Of a stretch of 64,000 nucleotides of DNA, positions 25,771 through 37,189 are shown piece after piece. Source of the DNA: Isurus oxyrinchus (lineage: Eukaryota); contig JANJGN010000102.1 of the NCBI GenBank assembly GCA_026770705.1, positions 310,001-374,000 of the forward strand. The letters are read 5' to 3'. The position numbers and the translations under genes were made by a program. The number at the start of each line of letters is the position of its first letter. The first letter of the stretch is position 1. The notes below the pieces were generated by a model. That model saw only the letters and a list, made by a program, of their open reading frames with translations. It did no database searches and was not told the origin of the DNA.

Positions 25771-26290
25771 GGGCCCATTGAATGTATGGAAAATATCCGA
25801 TTGTGCCAGCTGGCCTCATCCTATGCAATAAATCCAGAATCTATTCATCCCTCACCATGCGATGTGTGTTTTGCGAGTTGGCGAAGGCTGGTGAAGGTGT
25901 CACCGCCTGCCCCTCACCGCCTGCGAGGAAGTAATGAGATGTCAGTTCTCAGCGCAACAGTTCAGAGACCCTCCGTAAACAACGTGCGGAGACACGTGCC
26001 CAACTAAAAGTCCCCAAGCCTCCCACCACCCGCTGATCAGGTCCAGTGTGCCTCTTGCTTGCACGCAGCTTGATTCCTTCGGCGACGAACACTGCTACCC
26101 CCAACTGAGGCAAGATCCCACCTGCAATCATTAAAAACTCACAGTGCCGGTCCCACCTTCTTCTATTGTCCATAACCCTGGAAGCTCCTCATCCTCGAGA
26201 AACTGTTCAACTCCCTTTTGAAAGTGTTGATTCAGCTGAGGGCGTTTTGTTAGGGACATATCTTTTTATTTCTGTCGGGCTGTTGTAAAG

Positions 26291-26378
26291 AACATATCCT
26301 TTTCGGTTCTGTTGGACTGTCGATTAGAATTACAACAGCTGCAGGTTGAAAGGCATGCCCACTGGGACAGGATGAGAG
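26291..26378 (+). pseudogene. Gene X exon B
   Basis: AG/GT-bounded, phase 0 to 1, open: NISFSVLLDCRLELQQLQVERHAHWDRMR. Confidence 0.45.
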
Positions 26379-26479
26379 GTAAATACAATGTTGCAGTTCT
26401 GGGACAGAGTGTGTCATGAAAGACAGGATGGTGCCAGAAAGAAATTCAGGACCAAGGGAGCAGACTGACAATAGCAACA

Positions 26480-28190
26480 GACGGTGGTATAGTGGTATTG
26501 TCACTAGATTGGTATTCTAGAGATCCAGGAAAATGCTCTGGATACGCATGTTTGAATCTCACCATGGCAGAAAGTGATATTTGAATTCAGTAAAAATCTC
26601 CAATTAAAAGCCTGATGTTGACCATGTTGTAAAAACCCATCTGGTTCACTAATGTCCTTTAGGAAAAGAAGTCTGCTGTCCTTACATGTGTACATCCAAA
26701 CCCACAGCACATGGTGGACTCTTAAAATGCTCCATGAACAAGGAGCAATTAGGGATGGGCAATAAATGCTGGCCTAGCCAGCAAAGCCTGCATGCCACGA
26801 ACAAATAAAAAAACAAATCTACCACCTTAAACATTCACTCCCTCCACCACTGATGCACAGTGGCAGCAGTGTGTGTACCATCTACAAGATGCACTGCAAG
26901 AACTCACCAAGGCTCCTTTGACAGTGCTGCCCAAACCATGACTTTTACCATCTAGAAGGACAAGGGCAGCAGAAACATAGGAACACCACCACCTGGAGGA
27001 ACACCACCCCTCTGAGCCACTCACCTTCCTGACTTGGAAAGATATCGGCTGTTCCTTCTCTGTTGCTAGGCCAAAATCCTGGAACTCCCTCCCGAGCAGA
27101 ACTATGGGTGTACCTCCACCGCAAGGACTGCAGTGGTTCAAGAAGGTGGCTCACCACCACCTTCTCCAAGGGCAATAAATGCTGGGCCCAGCCAGCAATG
27201 CTTGTTGTGATGCCTTGCAGGCCCACTCAACCTGTCCGCTTAGCAGTGACAGCAGGCTGAGGGCTGTTCCGGGTCATGGTGTTTACTGATTGAGGTGGAG
27301 TGATGCTTCTGCTGAAGGCCCAGGGCAGCCTCACTGTTGCCCAGTGGCTTGCTTAAGAACTCGATCTGAGATGCCAATTAGGGGGTTGTGTACAGTGTCA
27401 GCTGGGCCGAGAGGGCCTAGGGTTGGGTGGCTGACGGGTTGGAAGCAAGAAGGAGGGGACTGATTTCTGACTTTGGGGGCTGGGTTTGTGAGGCTCTGTC
27501 ATATAAAACATCAGCGACTTTATGTATAACACTTAGACCTTGTTATTCTTTCACGCAATGTAAGCGTTGCTGGTGAGGCCAGCATTTATTGCCCATCCCT
27601 AATTGCCCTCGAACTGAGTGTCTTGCAAAGGCCATTTCAGAGGGCAATCAGAGCTCAACCACATTGCTGTGGACTTGGAGTCACGTGTAGGTCAGACGGG
27701 GTAAGAACGGCAGATTTCCCTCCCTATAGGACATTTAGTGAACCAAGTGGGTTTTTACAACAATCGATGATAATTTTCATGGGCACCGTCACAGATTCTG
27801 GCTTCTAATTACAGATTTATTCACGGGATGTGGGCGTTGCTGGCTAAGCCAGTATTTAATGCCCATCCTTAATGGCCCTTTGGGAAGTTGCTGGTGAGAT
27901 GCCTTCTTGAGCCACAGGAGTCCATGAACTGAAGGTACACGCACAGCGCTGTGAGGGAGGGAGTTCCAGGATTCTGACCCAACGACAGTGAAGTAATGGC
28001 TGATATATTTCCAAGTCAGGATGGTGAGTGTCTCGGAGGGGAATTTCCAGGTGGTGGTGTTCCCATGTACTTGCTGCCCTTGTCCTTTTAGATGGTAGAG
28101 GTCTTGGGTTTGGAAGGTGCTCTCTATGGAGGTGAGTTCCTGCTGTGCATCTCGATGATGTTACACAGAAATTCACCAAGGCTCCTTAGA
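26480..28190. mobile_element. Cluster of HE1-type SINEs and HER1/CR1-type 3' fragments, both orientations
   Basis: tRNA-like head (GGTATAGTGG...GTTTGAATCTC) at ~26485 and recurring body and tail blocks. Confidence 0.7.
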
Positions 28191-28194
28191 CAGC

Positions 28195-29095
28195 ACCGTG
28201 CAATCCCAAGACCTTCCAAATGCCCCATTACTACTTCCTTAATAATGGACTCCAACAATTTCCCAACGACAGACGTTAAACTAACTGGTCTATTGTTTCC
28301 TACTTTCTGCCTCCCCCACTTTTTGAAGAAGGGCATTATATTAGCATTTTTCCAATCCACTGCAACCTTTCTGGAACCTAGGGAATTTTGGAATATTATA
28401 GCCAATGCATCCACTATCTCCACTGCCACTTCCTTTAAGACACTGGGATGTAGGCCATCAGGTCCTGGGGACTTGTTACCCTTTAATCCCAATAGTTTGC
28501 TCAGTACTTTTTCTCCAGTGATGATGATTGTTCTAAGTTCCTCCTTCTCGATACCCTCTGCACTACCTGTTACTATTGGGGTGGTACTAGTGTCCTGCAC
28601 CGTGAAAACTGAGGCAAAATGTTGATTGAGCGTCTCTGCCATTTCTGGTCCTCCAAGGGACCAACATTCACTTTAGCTACTCTCTTTCCTTTTATATACT
28701 TGTGGAAGCTTTTGCTATCAGTGTTTACATCTTGCGCTAATTTTCTTTCATAATTTACCTTTGCTCTTTTTATTATTTTTTTAGTAACCCTTTGTTGATC
28801 ATTAAAAATTTCCCAATCTTCCAGCCTGCCACTGATCTTTGCAATTTGCTATGCCTTAGTTTTTGCCTTTATGTTATCTTTAACCTCCTTGCTTAGCCAT
28901 GGATGTTTTTTCCCCTCTTACCAGCTTTCTTCCTCTTTAGAATATATTTTACTTGGGAGGAATTGAATATCTCCTTAAATATCTGCCACTGTTCATCAAC
29001 TGTCCCACCTTGTAGTCTTCCTGCCCAGTCCACAAGGGCCAAATCTGCCCTCATGCCTATGTAGTTAACTTTGTTTAACTCCAGAACACTAGGAA
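28195..29095 (-). mobile_element. CR1 ORF2 internal fragment
   Basis: LNQHFASVFT...KSPGPDGLHP...DWKNANI...RPVSLTSVVGKLLE. Confidence 0.92.
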
Positions 29096-29354
29096 CAGGC
29101 AGGAAAGTGTAGCTGAGGTTACAGTCAGATCAGCCATGATCTTACTGAGTGACAGAGCAGGCTCGATGGGCTGAATGGCCTACTCCAGCTCTGAATTCCT
29201 GTGTCCTTATGGTTCGACTGATTCTTTTTATTAAACAACATAATTCATGGTGGGATGTGGATGTTGCTGCCAAGGCTGCTGATTATTGCCCATCCCCTAC
29301 AGTTGCCCTATCCTGTGCACACCCCCAACACCCCCCTCCCCCCATTGCAAAAAG

Positions 29355-29548
29355 TGCCAGCCTGGATGATGGGCCAAAGCGGGAGCGTCTTAACGCCGAG
29401 TGAGGCTGCCCTGTGCGCACGAGCGGAATTGAGGTCGCTTCGAAAAATGCCTCGGCGAACCCGACCAACTGCATTTTGGTCGTGGCCCCAATTCGAGGCA
29501 CCGGAAGTTTCTACTAGGAAAGACTTTGAGCCTTTTCACCTTTTCTAA
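29355..29548 (+). pseudogene. Gene X candidate last exon
   Basis: C-rich tract then AAG acceptor, phase 1; (V)PAWMMGQSGSVLTPSEAALCARAELRSLRKMPRRTRPTAFWSWPQFEAPEVSTRKDFEPFHLF*; CpG-rich unique sequence. Confidence 0.4.
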
Positions 29549-30327
29549 CCAACGGGCGGAGCAAAGCTACCAGCTGAGGTTTCCTGTCACCCCAATGGCA
29601 TCATTCACACTGTAAACTGTTCTCGTTTCTGTCAATCCAGTTTACGCATCACTTTTTCTTAAGCTTTGACTTACAGTCTCTCCAATTTCACCAGTAATTT
29701 GGAAGAAGGTCATTATATTTTTTTGACGTTCCTGCTCCGCCTTTTTTTTCTGGCAATGTGTTGGGATCCACAGGGTTGTGGTGGGGAGGTGGGGCATTGA
29801 AGCGCGCAGGAAGCAGCAGGTGGTTTCACACCCTCCCTCCCACCTCGTGTCTCTCTTGTGGTCAAGCTGCACTTTTTGAAATGTAAACGGTTGCCTGTTC
29901 CTCTCCGACAGAGAGCGAGAGAGGGGCATTGTTGACACATGGGTGGGGAACAAGAGAAAGACAGGCAGCATCAGAGAGCCAGAAGGGAGTCAGAGGGACA
30001 GAGACGCGCGCATTCAGAGATAGAGCAAGATGGAGAGGCACACTTACAGATAAGAAGAGAAAGAAGGTAGGAAGACGGGAAGAGGGACGGGGGCACAGAG
30101 TAAGAGGGAAGTGGAGACAGAAGGAGTGAGACAGAGGGAGACAGGGAAAGGATAGACGGACGCAGTTAGACGTTGATAGAAAGGAGACTGCGGGAGGTAA
30201 AACAGGAGTTTGGACAGGTACAGGGAGAGAGGAGAATACATGGGTGTATATGAAGAAGGACAGATACAGCAGGGCATTTAGACAGTCAGGAGTGATATCA
30301 AGCCATACCTCCGCACACTGTACTCAG

Positions 30328-30633
30328 GAAAGGTTGACCGTCTGCAAGAATGCTCAAAGGCTCAAGAGGGCCAAAGATGCCTCTAAATTGAATAGGCAGA
30401 AGGGACAGTCTCTGTCATCTGGATTGAAGGGCCCCGTGTGAAATGGTGATCAGGGGCGCCAGTCCACGCCAGCCAAATATCAGCACCAGAAACCTGAGGT
30501 GGGGCTTCTCTGGACAGGACTGAAAACCGACCCCACATCACTTGTCAACCGACTGGGGAGAGACGGAGGCAGAGGCTGGTATGTGGGGAAGAACTGGAAA
30601 TGGGTGGCACTCAGCGTAACCAGAGTTGTAAAG
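30328..30633 (+). pseudogene. Exon upstream of the TM exon: either a short ATG exon (30600-30633) or a decayed Ig-V exon
   Basis: Strong donor G|GTAAGA. ATG at 30600 gives MGGTQRNQSCK in phase 1. Ig-like pieces AQEGQ, SVIW, GWYV, VTRVV lie in mixed frames upstream. Confidence 0.4.
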
Positions 30634-30699
30634 GTAAGAGATGGAACCTGCTTTAACTCTTTGGGCGGAAAGGAGAAAAGTGGGCCCTACCAGGTGGTA

Positions 30700-31150
30700 G
30701 GGGTTTAGAAGGTGCTGTCGAAGGAGCCTTGGCGAGTTGCTGCAGTGCATCCTGTCGATGGTACACACACTGCTGCCCCTGTGCGTCGGTGGTGGAGGGT
30801 GTAAATGTTGAAGGTGGTGGATGGGGTGCCAATCGAGGGGGCCGCTTTGCCCTGGATGGCGTCGAGCTTCTTGAGTGTTGTTGGAGCTGCACTCATCCAG
30901 ACAAGCAGAGAGTATTCCATCACACTCCTGACTTGTGCCCTGTAGATGGTGGACTGGTTTGGGGAGTCAGGGGGTGAGTTATTCATCGCAGAATTCCCAG
31001 CCTCTGACCTGCTCTTGTTGCCACAACATTTATATGGCTGGTTCAGTTCCGTTTCTGGTCAATGGTAACCCCCTCCCTTAGGATGTTAATAGTGGGGGAT
31101 TCAGTAATGGTAATGACATCGAATATGGTCATTGCCTGGCACTTGTGCGG
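30700..31150 (-). mobile_element. HER1/CR1-type LINE fragment
   Basis: IYRAQVRSVMEYS..WMSAAPTTLKKLDAIQ. Confidence 0.85.
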
Positions 31151-31404
31151 CATGAAGGTAACTGGCACCATGAGAGTGGGACTCATAGGGGTGAATTCAG
31201 GGCAATATTTCAGACCAATCCATGGCTGGACAAGTGGACGTGGGGCCGCAAGTGCAGGACATCTCTTTGGGAGGGGAATTGGTGGAACGGAGACAAATAT
31301 CCCTGTAAGGGGAGAGGAAGAATGGCTGGGTCTTTGGGGTAGGGTTAAGAAGTGACCACCTCTCCTGTGCCTGTTTAACTCTGTGAACTGTGTTGACCTG
31401 GCAG

Positions 31405-31521
31405 GATTACAGGATCTGTGCTGCAGTTCCCTGATGTGGACCATCTTAGGGGCCACAGGATTTTTCCTGTTCCTCTCTGTGACTTGTAACATTCTCTGCT
31501 GTGCTCGGAGCTACAGAAAAG
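31405..31521 (+). CDS. TM exon of a small transmembrane adaptor/receptor (TRAT1/SIT1-like TM)
   Basis: Phase 1-1, 117 nt, CTGGCAG / G|GTAACA; GLQDLCCSSLMWTILGATGFFLFLSVTCNILCCARSYRK. Confidence 0.7.
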
Positions 31522-31781
31522 GTAACATGTCTTGCCAGACAGCTTCTGCTATAGGTGGCTTTGGGGGAGTTGAGGAGGGCTAGGTGTGGTTAGGTTGGTT
31601 TGGTCACAGGACGAGCAGGAGTGGCTCAGTCACTGGGGCTGAAATGCTTCCCACTCGCATCTAGATTGCGCAGTCACTCAATGTCCTGCTGAGCAAACAG
31701 CATGTGGCCTCCCGGTATCAGCTACGGCTCAGTGTGTCAAAGGGTAGTGGGGTCAAGCCCCACCCAACACACAAAATCCAG

Positions 31782-33429
31782 AGATAAAAACAAAGAAAAC
31801 TGCGGATGCTGGAAATCCAAAACAAAAACAGAATTACCTGGAAAAACTCAGCAGGTCTGGCAGCATCGGCGGAGAAGAAAAGAGTTGACGTTTCGAGTCC
31901 TCATGACCCTTAGAAGATTCAGGGAGTGATTTAATCAAAGTTTTCAGGACATTAAGGGGAACTGAGAGTGTTGACAGAGGGAAACTGTTTCCCGCTGGTT
32001 GGGGAAGCCTGGGATGAGAGGGCAGAGTCCAAAAATGAGAGTGAAATGAGGAAAGACTTCTACACACAAAGGGTGGTCGGAGTTTAGAACTCTCTTCACC
32101 AAATGGCAATTAATGCCGGGTCAGTTAATTTTAAACTGAGATTGAGAGATTTTTGTTAGCCAAAGGTATTAAGGGATTTGGGGCAAAGGTGGGTATCTGG
32201 ATATAGGTCACAGATCAGCCGTGATCTTGTTGAATGGGGGAATAGACCTGAGGGGCTGAATGGCCTCCTATGTTCTCGGTCTTCGACTCTGCGCTCAAAA
32301 CGCATGTGAAGGCAGCAGAATCAACCATAGTCTTCAGCTGCCGTCCACAGATGTGAGCATCTCTGGGCAGTTAATCAGAATCACCGAATTGCTACGTCAC
32401 GGGGAGCAAGCCATTTGGCTCATCGTGTCTGCACTGGCTCTCCGCATGAGCAATTCAACTGGTGCCATCCCATGGCTTCTCCCCGTAACCCTGCACATTC
32501 TTCCTTTTCAGATAATGAACAAATTCCCCTTCGGAAAGCCTCGATTGACCCTGCCTCCACCACATTCTCAGGCAGCACATTCCAGATCCTAACCACTCAC
32601 TGCATGAAAAAGTTTCTCCTCATGTCCCCATTGCTTCTTTTACCAACCGCCTTAAATCTGTGTCCCTTTGGTTTTCAATCCTTCCGCCAATGGGAACAGT
32701 TTCTCCCTATCTACTCTGTCCCAGAGCCTCTTGAGATTTTGAACACCTCTTTCAAATCTCCTCTCAACTTTCTCTTCCCAAGGAGAACACTCCCAACTTC
32801 TCCAATCCATCCACGGAACTCCCTCAGTACCATCTCCTGTACCAGGGAAGGCACAGGAGATTTACCAGAAAGGTTCCCGGGGATGAGGGGACCTCAGTTC
32901 ATGTGGAGGGACTGGAGAAGCTGGGATTGTTCTCCTTGGTGCAGAGAAGGTTAAAGGGGAGATTGAATCGAGGCATCCAAAATCATGAAAGGTTTCAATT
33001 GAGTAAATAAGGAGAAACTGTTTCCAGTGGCAGGTGGGGCGGTAACCAGAGGGGGGGTGGTGGGAGGGGGTTCAAACAGATTGAAGAGAATCGGTAGAAG
33101 AACCAGAGGGGGAAATGAGGAGAATTTTTTTGATGCAGCGAGTTGTTGTGATCTGGAAGGCACTGCCTGAAAGGGCAGTGGTAGCAGATTCACGCTCAAA
33201 AAGGGGAAATTGAATAAATACTTGAAGGGGAAAAATTTTATCCATGGAGAATAGGGGACCAATTGGATGGCTCTTTCAAACAGAAAGCACAGGCACGATG
33301 AGCTGAATGACCTCCTTCTGTGCTGTGCCAGCCAACGATTCTATGTTACTCAAGTTCCTCATCCCTGGAATGAGGAAGTGCTTCCAAACCTCAAAGTGGC
33401 AGGGAGAGAGAGAAGGGCAGAATGTTAAA

Positions 33430-33479
<50 letters not shown>

Positions 33480-35145
33480 AAATACACACACTACTTACAA
33501 AGTCTAAAATTAACAATAAAACAGTATCACGTTTGCAGAAATTATGTAATTTTTTTTGAAGGAAACACAGTTTTGAGGAACAAGAGTGTGTGTGTGAGAT
33601 CAGATTAGGACACAGATTGGCTCAACGTTCTGCTGGTTGGTTTGGATCACTCCGATCCACACGGGTCCCTTCATCTTGTGCCCCTTCTCCATTCAGCATC
33701 GAGTCCTGTGGCTCCTCCGCAGGTATGGTTTGCTGATCCCTGGACCCCACCTTGTTTGTGACAAAAGATATTTGTAGTGCTGGGTGTCTGCCAAACCGAG
33801 CACCCAGCCATCAGATTCAATATTCTGCCCACCCGCCGTTCTCCCCTGCTGCTTTACGGGCTGTAGTTTCCATGGGCCTCAGATAGCACACCCTGGCAGC
33901 TGTTCTTCATGCATGTGGTAGATCTCGGTAGGCTAATCGACTTTGGAGGTAGCACGACAGCCAAACCGAAACTGTCCCAAATGGATAGGGCTCACTGGCA
34001 AAGAGATCAGGGAACCAGGATGTCTAAAGCCTCCTTAGTCCAGGGGTATTGAAGCACAGGGTTAGATACAGTGTAAAGCTCTCTCTACACCGTCCCCATG
34101 AAACACTCCCAGGACAGATACAGCACGGGGTTAGATACGGTATAGAGCTGCCTCTACACTGTCTCCATCAAACACTCCCAGAACAGGTACAGCACGGGGT
34201 TAGATACAGAGTAAAGCTCCCTCTACACCGTCCCCATCAAACACTCCCAGGACAGGTACAGCACGGGGTTAGATACAGAGTAAAGCTCCCTCTACACCAT
34301 CCCCATCAAACACACCCAGGACAGGTACAGCACGGGGTTAGATACAGAGTAAAGCTCCCTCTACACCGTCCCCATCAAACACTCCCAGGACAGGTACAGC
34401 ACGGGGTTAGATACAGAGTAAAGCTCCCTCTACACTGTCCCCATCAAACACTCCCAGGACAGGTACAGCACGGGGTTAGATACAGAGTAAAGCTCCCTCT
34501 ACACCGTCCCCATCAAACACTCCCAGGACAGGTACAGCACGGGGTTAGATACAGAGTAAAGCTCCCTCTACACCATCCCCATCAAACACACCCAGGACAG
34601 GTACAGCACGGGGTTAGATACAGAGTAAAGCTCCCTCTACACCGTCCCCATCAAACACTCCCAGGACAGGTACAGCACGGGGTTAGATACAGAGTAAAGC
34701 TCCCTCTACACCGTCCCCAACAAACACTCCCAGGACAGGTTCAGCACGGGGTTAGATACAGAGTAAAGCTCCCTCTACACCGTCCCCATGAAACATTCCT
34801 GGGACAGGTACAGCACGGGGTTACATACAGAGTAAAGCTCCCTCTACACTGTCCCCATCAAACACTCCCAGGACAGGTACAGCACGGGGTTAGATACAGA
34901 GTAAAGCTCCCTCTACACCGTCCCCATCAAACACACCCAGGACAGGTACAGCACGGGATTAGATACAGAGTAAAGCTCCCTCCACACCGTCCCCATCAAA
35001 CACTCCCAGGACAGGTACAGCATGGGGTCAGATACAGTGTAAAGCTCTGTCGAAGGGTCATGAGGACTCGAAACGTCAACTCTTTTCTTCTCCGCCGATG
35101 CTGCCAGACCTGCTGAGTTTTTCCAGGTAATTCTGTTTTTGTTTT
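31782..35145. mobile_element. Composite insertion: inverted Penelope tail, 3.1-kb captured genomic copy, Penelope tail; 13-bp TSD
   Basis: TSD ACACAAAATCCAG at 31769-31781 and 35146-35158. Tails at 31784-31911 (-) and 35046-35145 (+). The host SINE is split and resumes after the TSD. Confidence 0.88.
34049..35051 (+). repeat. 69-bp satellite array inside the captured segment
   Basis: Direct inspection. Confidence 0.95.
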
Positions 35146-35174
35146 ACACAAAATCCAGGCTGACTCTTCTATTG

Positions 35175-35825
35175 CAGTACTGTCGGATGGTCAGTGTTGA
35201 GGGAGAGCCGCACTGTCGGATGGTCAGGACTCACGGAGTGCCGCACTGTCGGAGGGTCAGTACTGAGGGAGCGCCGCACTGTCGGAGGGTCAGTACTGAG
35301 GGAGCGCCACACGGTTGGAAGGTCAGCGCTGAGGGAGCGTCACACTGTTGGAGGATCAGTACTGAGGAAGCGCCGCACTGTGGGAGGGTCAGTGCTGAGG
35401 GAGCGCCGCACTGTCGGAGGGTCAGTGCTGAGGGAGCGCCGCACTGTCGGAGGGTCAGTGCTGAGGGAGCGCCGCACTGTCGGAGGGTCAGTGCTGAGGG
35501 AGTGCCGCACTATCGGAGGGTTAGTACTGAGGGTACACCACACTGTCAGAGGGTCAGTACTGAGGGAGCACCACACTGTCGGAGGGCCAGTACTGAGGGA
35601 GCTCCGCCCTGTCGGTGGGCCAGTGGTCAGTACTGAGGGAGTGCCATACTGTTGGATGGTCAGTGCTGAGGGAGCGCAGCATTGTCAGAGGGTTAGTGCT
35701 GAGGGAGTGCCGCACTGTCGGAGGGTCAGTGCTGAGGGAGTGCTGCACTGTCGGAGGGTTAGTGCTGAGGGAGTGCCGCATTGTCGGAGGGTTAGTGCTG
35801 AGGGAGTGCCGCACTGTCAGAGGTG
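35175..35825 (+). repeat. 30-bp minisatellite (GTCAGTACTGAGGGAGCGCCGCACTGTCGGAGG-like) expanded from a SINE body
   Basis: About 21 units directly following the resumed SINE sequence. Confidence 0.9.
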
Positions 35826-36297
35826 TGTACCAGAGTAAAGAGTTAGTTTATCTTGCAGCTGTTTGCCTGACACAGTTAACCTTTACATAATGCAGGCACG
35901 TATCTGGAATCTCTCGCCTGTAACAGACTTTATGCCCAGGGCTTACTTCTGCGCTGCTCAACCGCTGCAAGTGTGGGTGGGCTCAGGAAATGCTGCAACC
36001 AATCCTGGGTGTGTCTGAAAAGTGACCTGGGCTGCCGTTGCCTTGGAATTTGGCCTCTCTCCATGGCCGAAGTCAAACGCGGCGAGGAGGAGAGGCTGTG
36101 CCCTCTTGAGGTGAGGTGTCTCCAGAGCTGAGCTTACCTCGCACCTGCTGGGGGGGGGTCTGCAGTCAGCACCGCTTTGTACTGACAACCCACAAAGCCC
36201 ACGGTGACCCCAGGCATGTCCAGCGAGGGCAGACAGGGGACATGGAGCGACCTACAGGAGACAAACAGGCAGAGTATGGGGAAGGTGGTGAGGAGGA

Positions 36298-36522
36298 GGG
36301 GACGGTGTAGAGGGAGTTTTGCTCAGTATCTAACCCCGTGCTGTACCTGTCCTGGGAGTGTTTGATGGGGACTGTGTAGAGGGAGCTTTACTCTGTATCT
36401 AACCCCGTGCTGTACCTGTCCTGGGAGTGTTTGATGGGGACGGTGTAGAGGGAGCTTTACTCTGTATCTAACCCTGTGCTGTACCTGTCCTGGGAATGTT
36501 TGATGGGGACAGTGTAGAGGCA
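36298..36522 (-). repeat. 69-bp satellite, ~3 units
   Basis: Direct inspection. Confidence 0.9.
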
Positions 36523-36547
36523 GTTTTATGCCTGTATACTTTGGACT

Positions 36548-37050
36548 ATGTCAGTATTTACAGGCGGTCTCGAGGGAGCGTGTCAATATTTACAGGGTGT
36601 CTATGGGGAGTGTGTGAGTATTTACAGGGGATACCGGGGAGTGCGTCAGTATTTACAGGGGTTCCCCGGGGAGTGTGTCAGTATTTACAGGGGGCCCCTG
36701 GAGAGTGTGTCAGTATTTACAGGGGATACCGGGGAGTGTGTCAGTATTTACAGGGGGTACCGGGGAGTGTGTCAGTATTTACAGCGGGTACCGGGGATGT
36801 GTCAGTATTTACAGGGGGTCCCCGGGGAGTGTGTCATTATTTACAAGGGGTACCGGTGAGTGTGTCAATATTTACAGGAGACCTCTGGAGAGTGTGTCAG
36901 TATTTGCAGGGGTACCGGGGCGTGTGTCAGTATTTACAGGGGGTCCCCGGAAGTGCGTCAATATTTACAAGGGATCCCCGGGGTGTGTGTCAGTGTTTAC
37001 AGGGGGTCCCCGGGGACTGTGTCAGTATTTACGGGGGTCCCCAGGGAGTG
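36548..37050 (+). repeat. ~31-33-bp minisatellite (GTGTGTCAGTATTTACAGGGGGTACCGGGGA)
   Basis: Direct inspection. Confidence 0.9.
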
Positions 37051-37059
37051 AACTAAAAG

Positions 37060-37188
37060 GGTTCTGAAGAAGAGTCATACGGACTCAAAACGTTCACTCT
37101 GTTTTTCTCTCCACAAAAACTGCTGATTTTTCCAGCACTTTTTGTTTTCGTTTCAGATTTCCAGCATCACCAGTATTATGCCTTTATC
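37060..37188 (+). mobile_element. Solo Penelope tail (older subfamily)
   Basis: CTGAAGAAGAGTCATACGGACTCAAAACGTT... homologous to the tails at 4935-5065 and 61330-61470. Confidence 0.7.
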
Positions 37189-37189
37189 A

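Noticed and set aside
24374-26378. Resemblance of gene X to AID/APOBEC C-terminal halves (GIQRLRDSWG) or to Popeye/cNMP-binding domains
   Set aside because: No HxE or PCxxC motif found and too few identities; not supportable by eye.
24827-31768. Central segment as an inversion between the inverted arms
   Set aside because: The TSD and split SINE explain the right arm as an insertion; exons inside and outside the segment are co-oriented.
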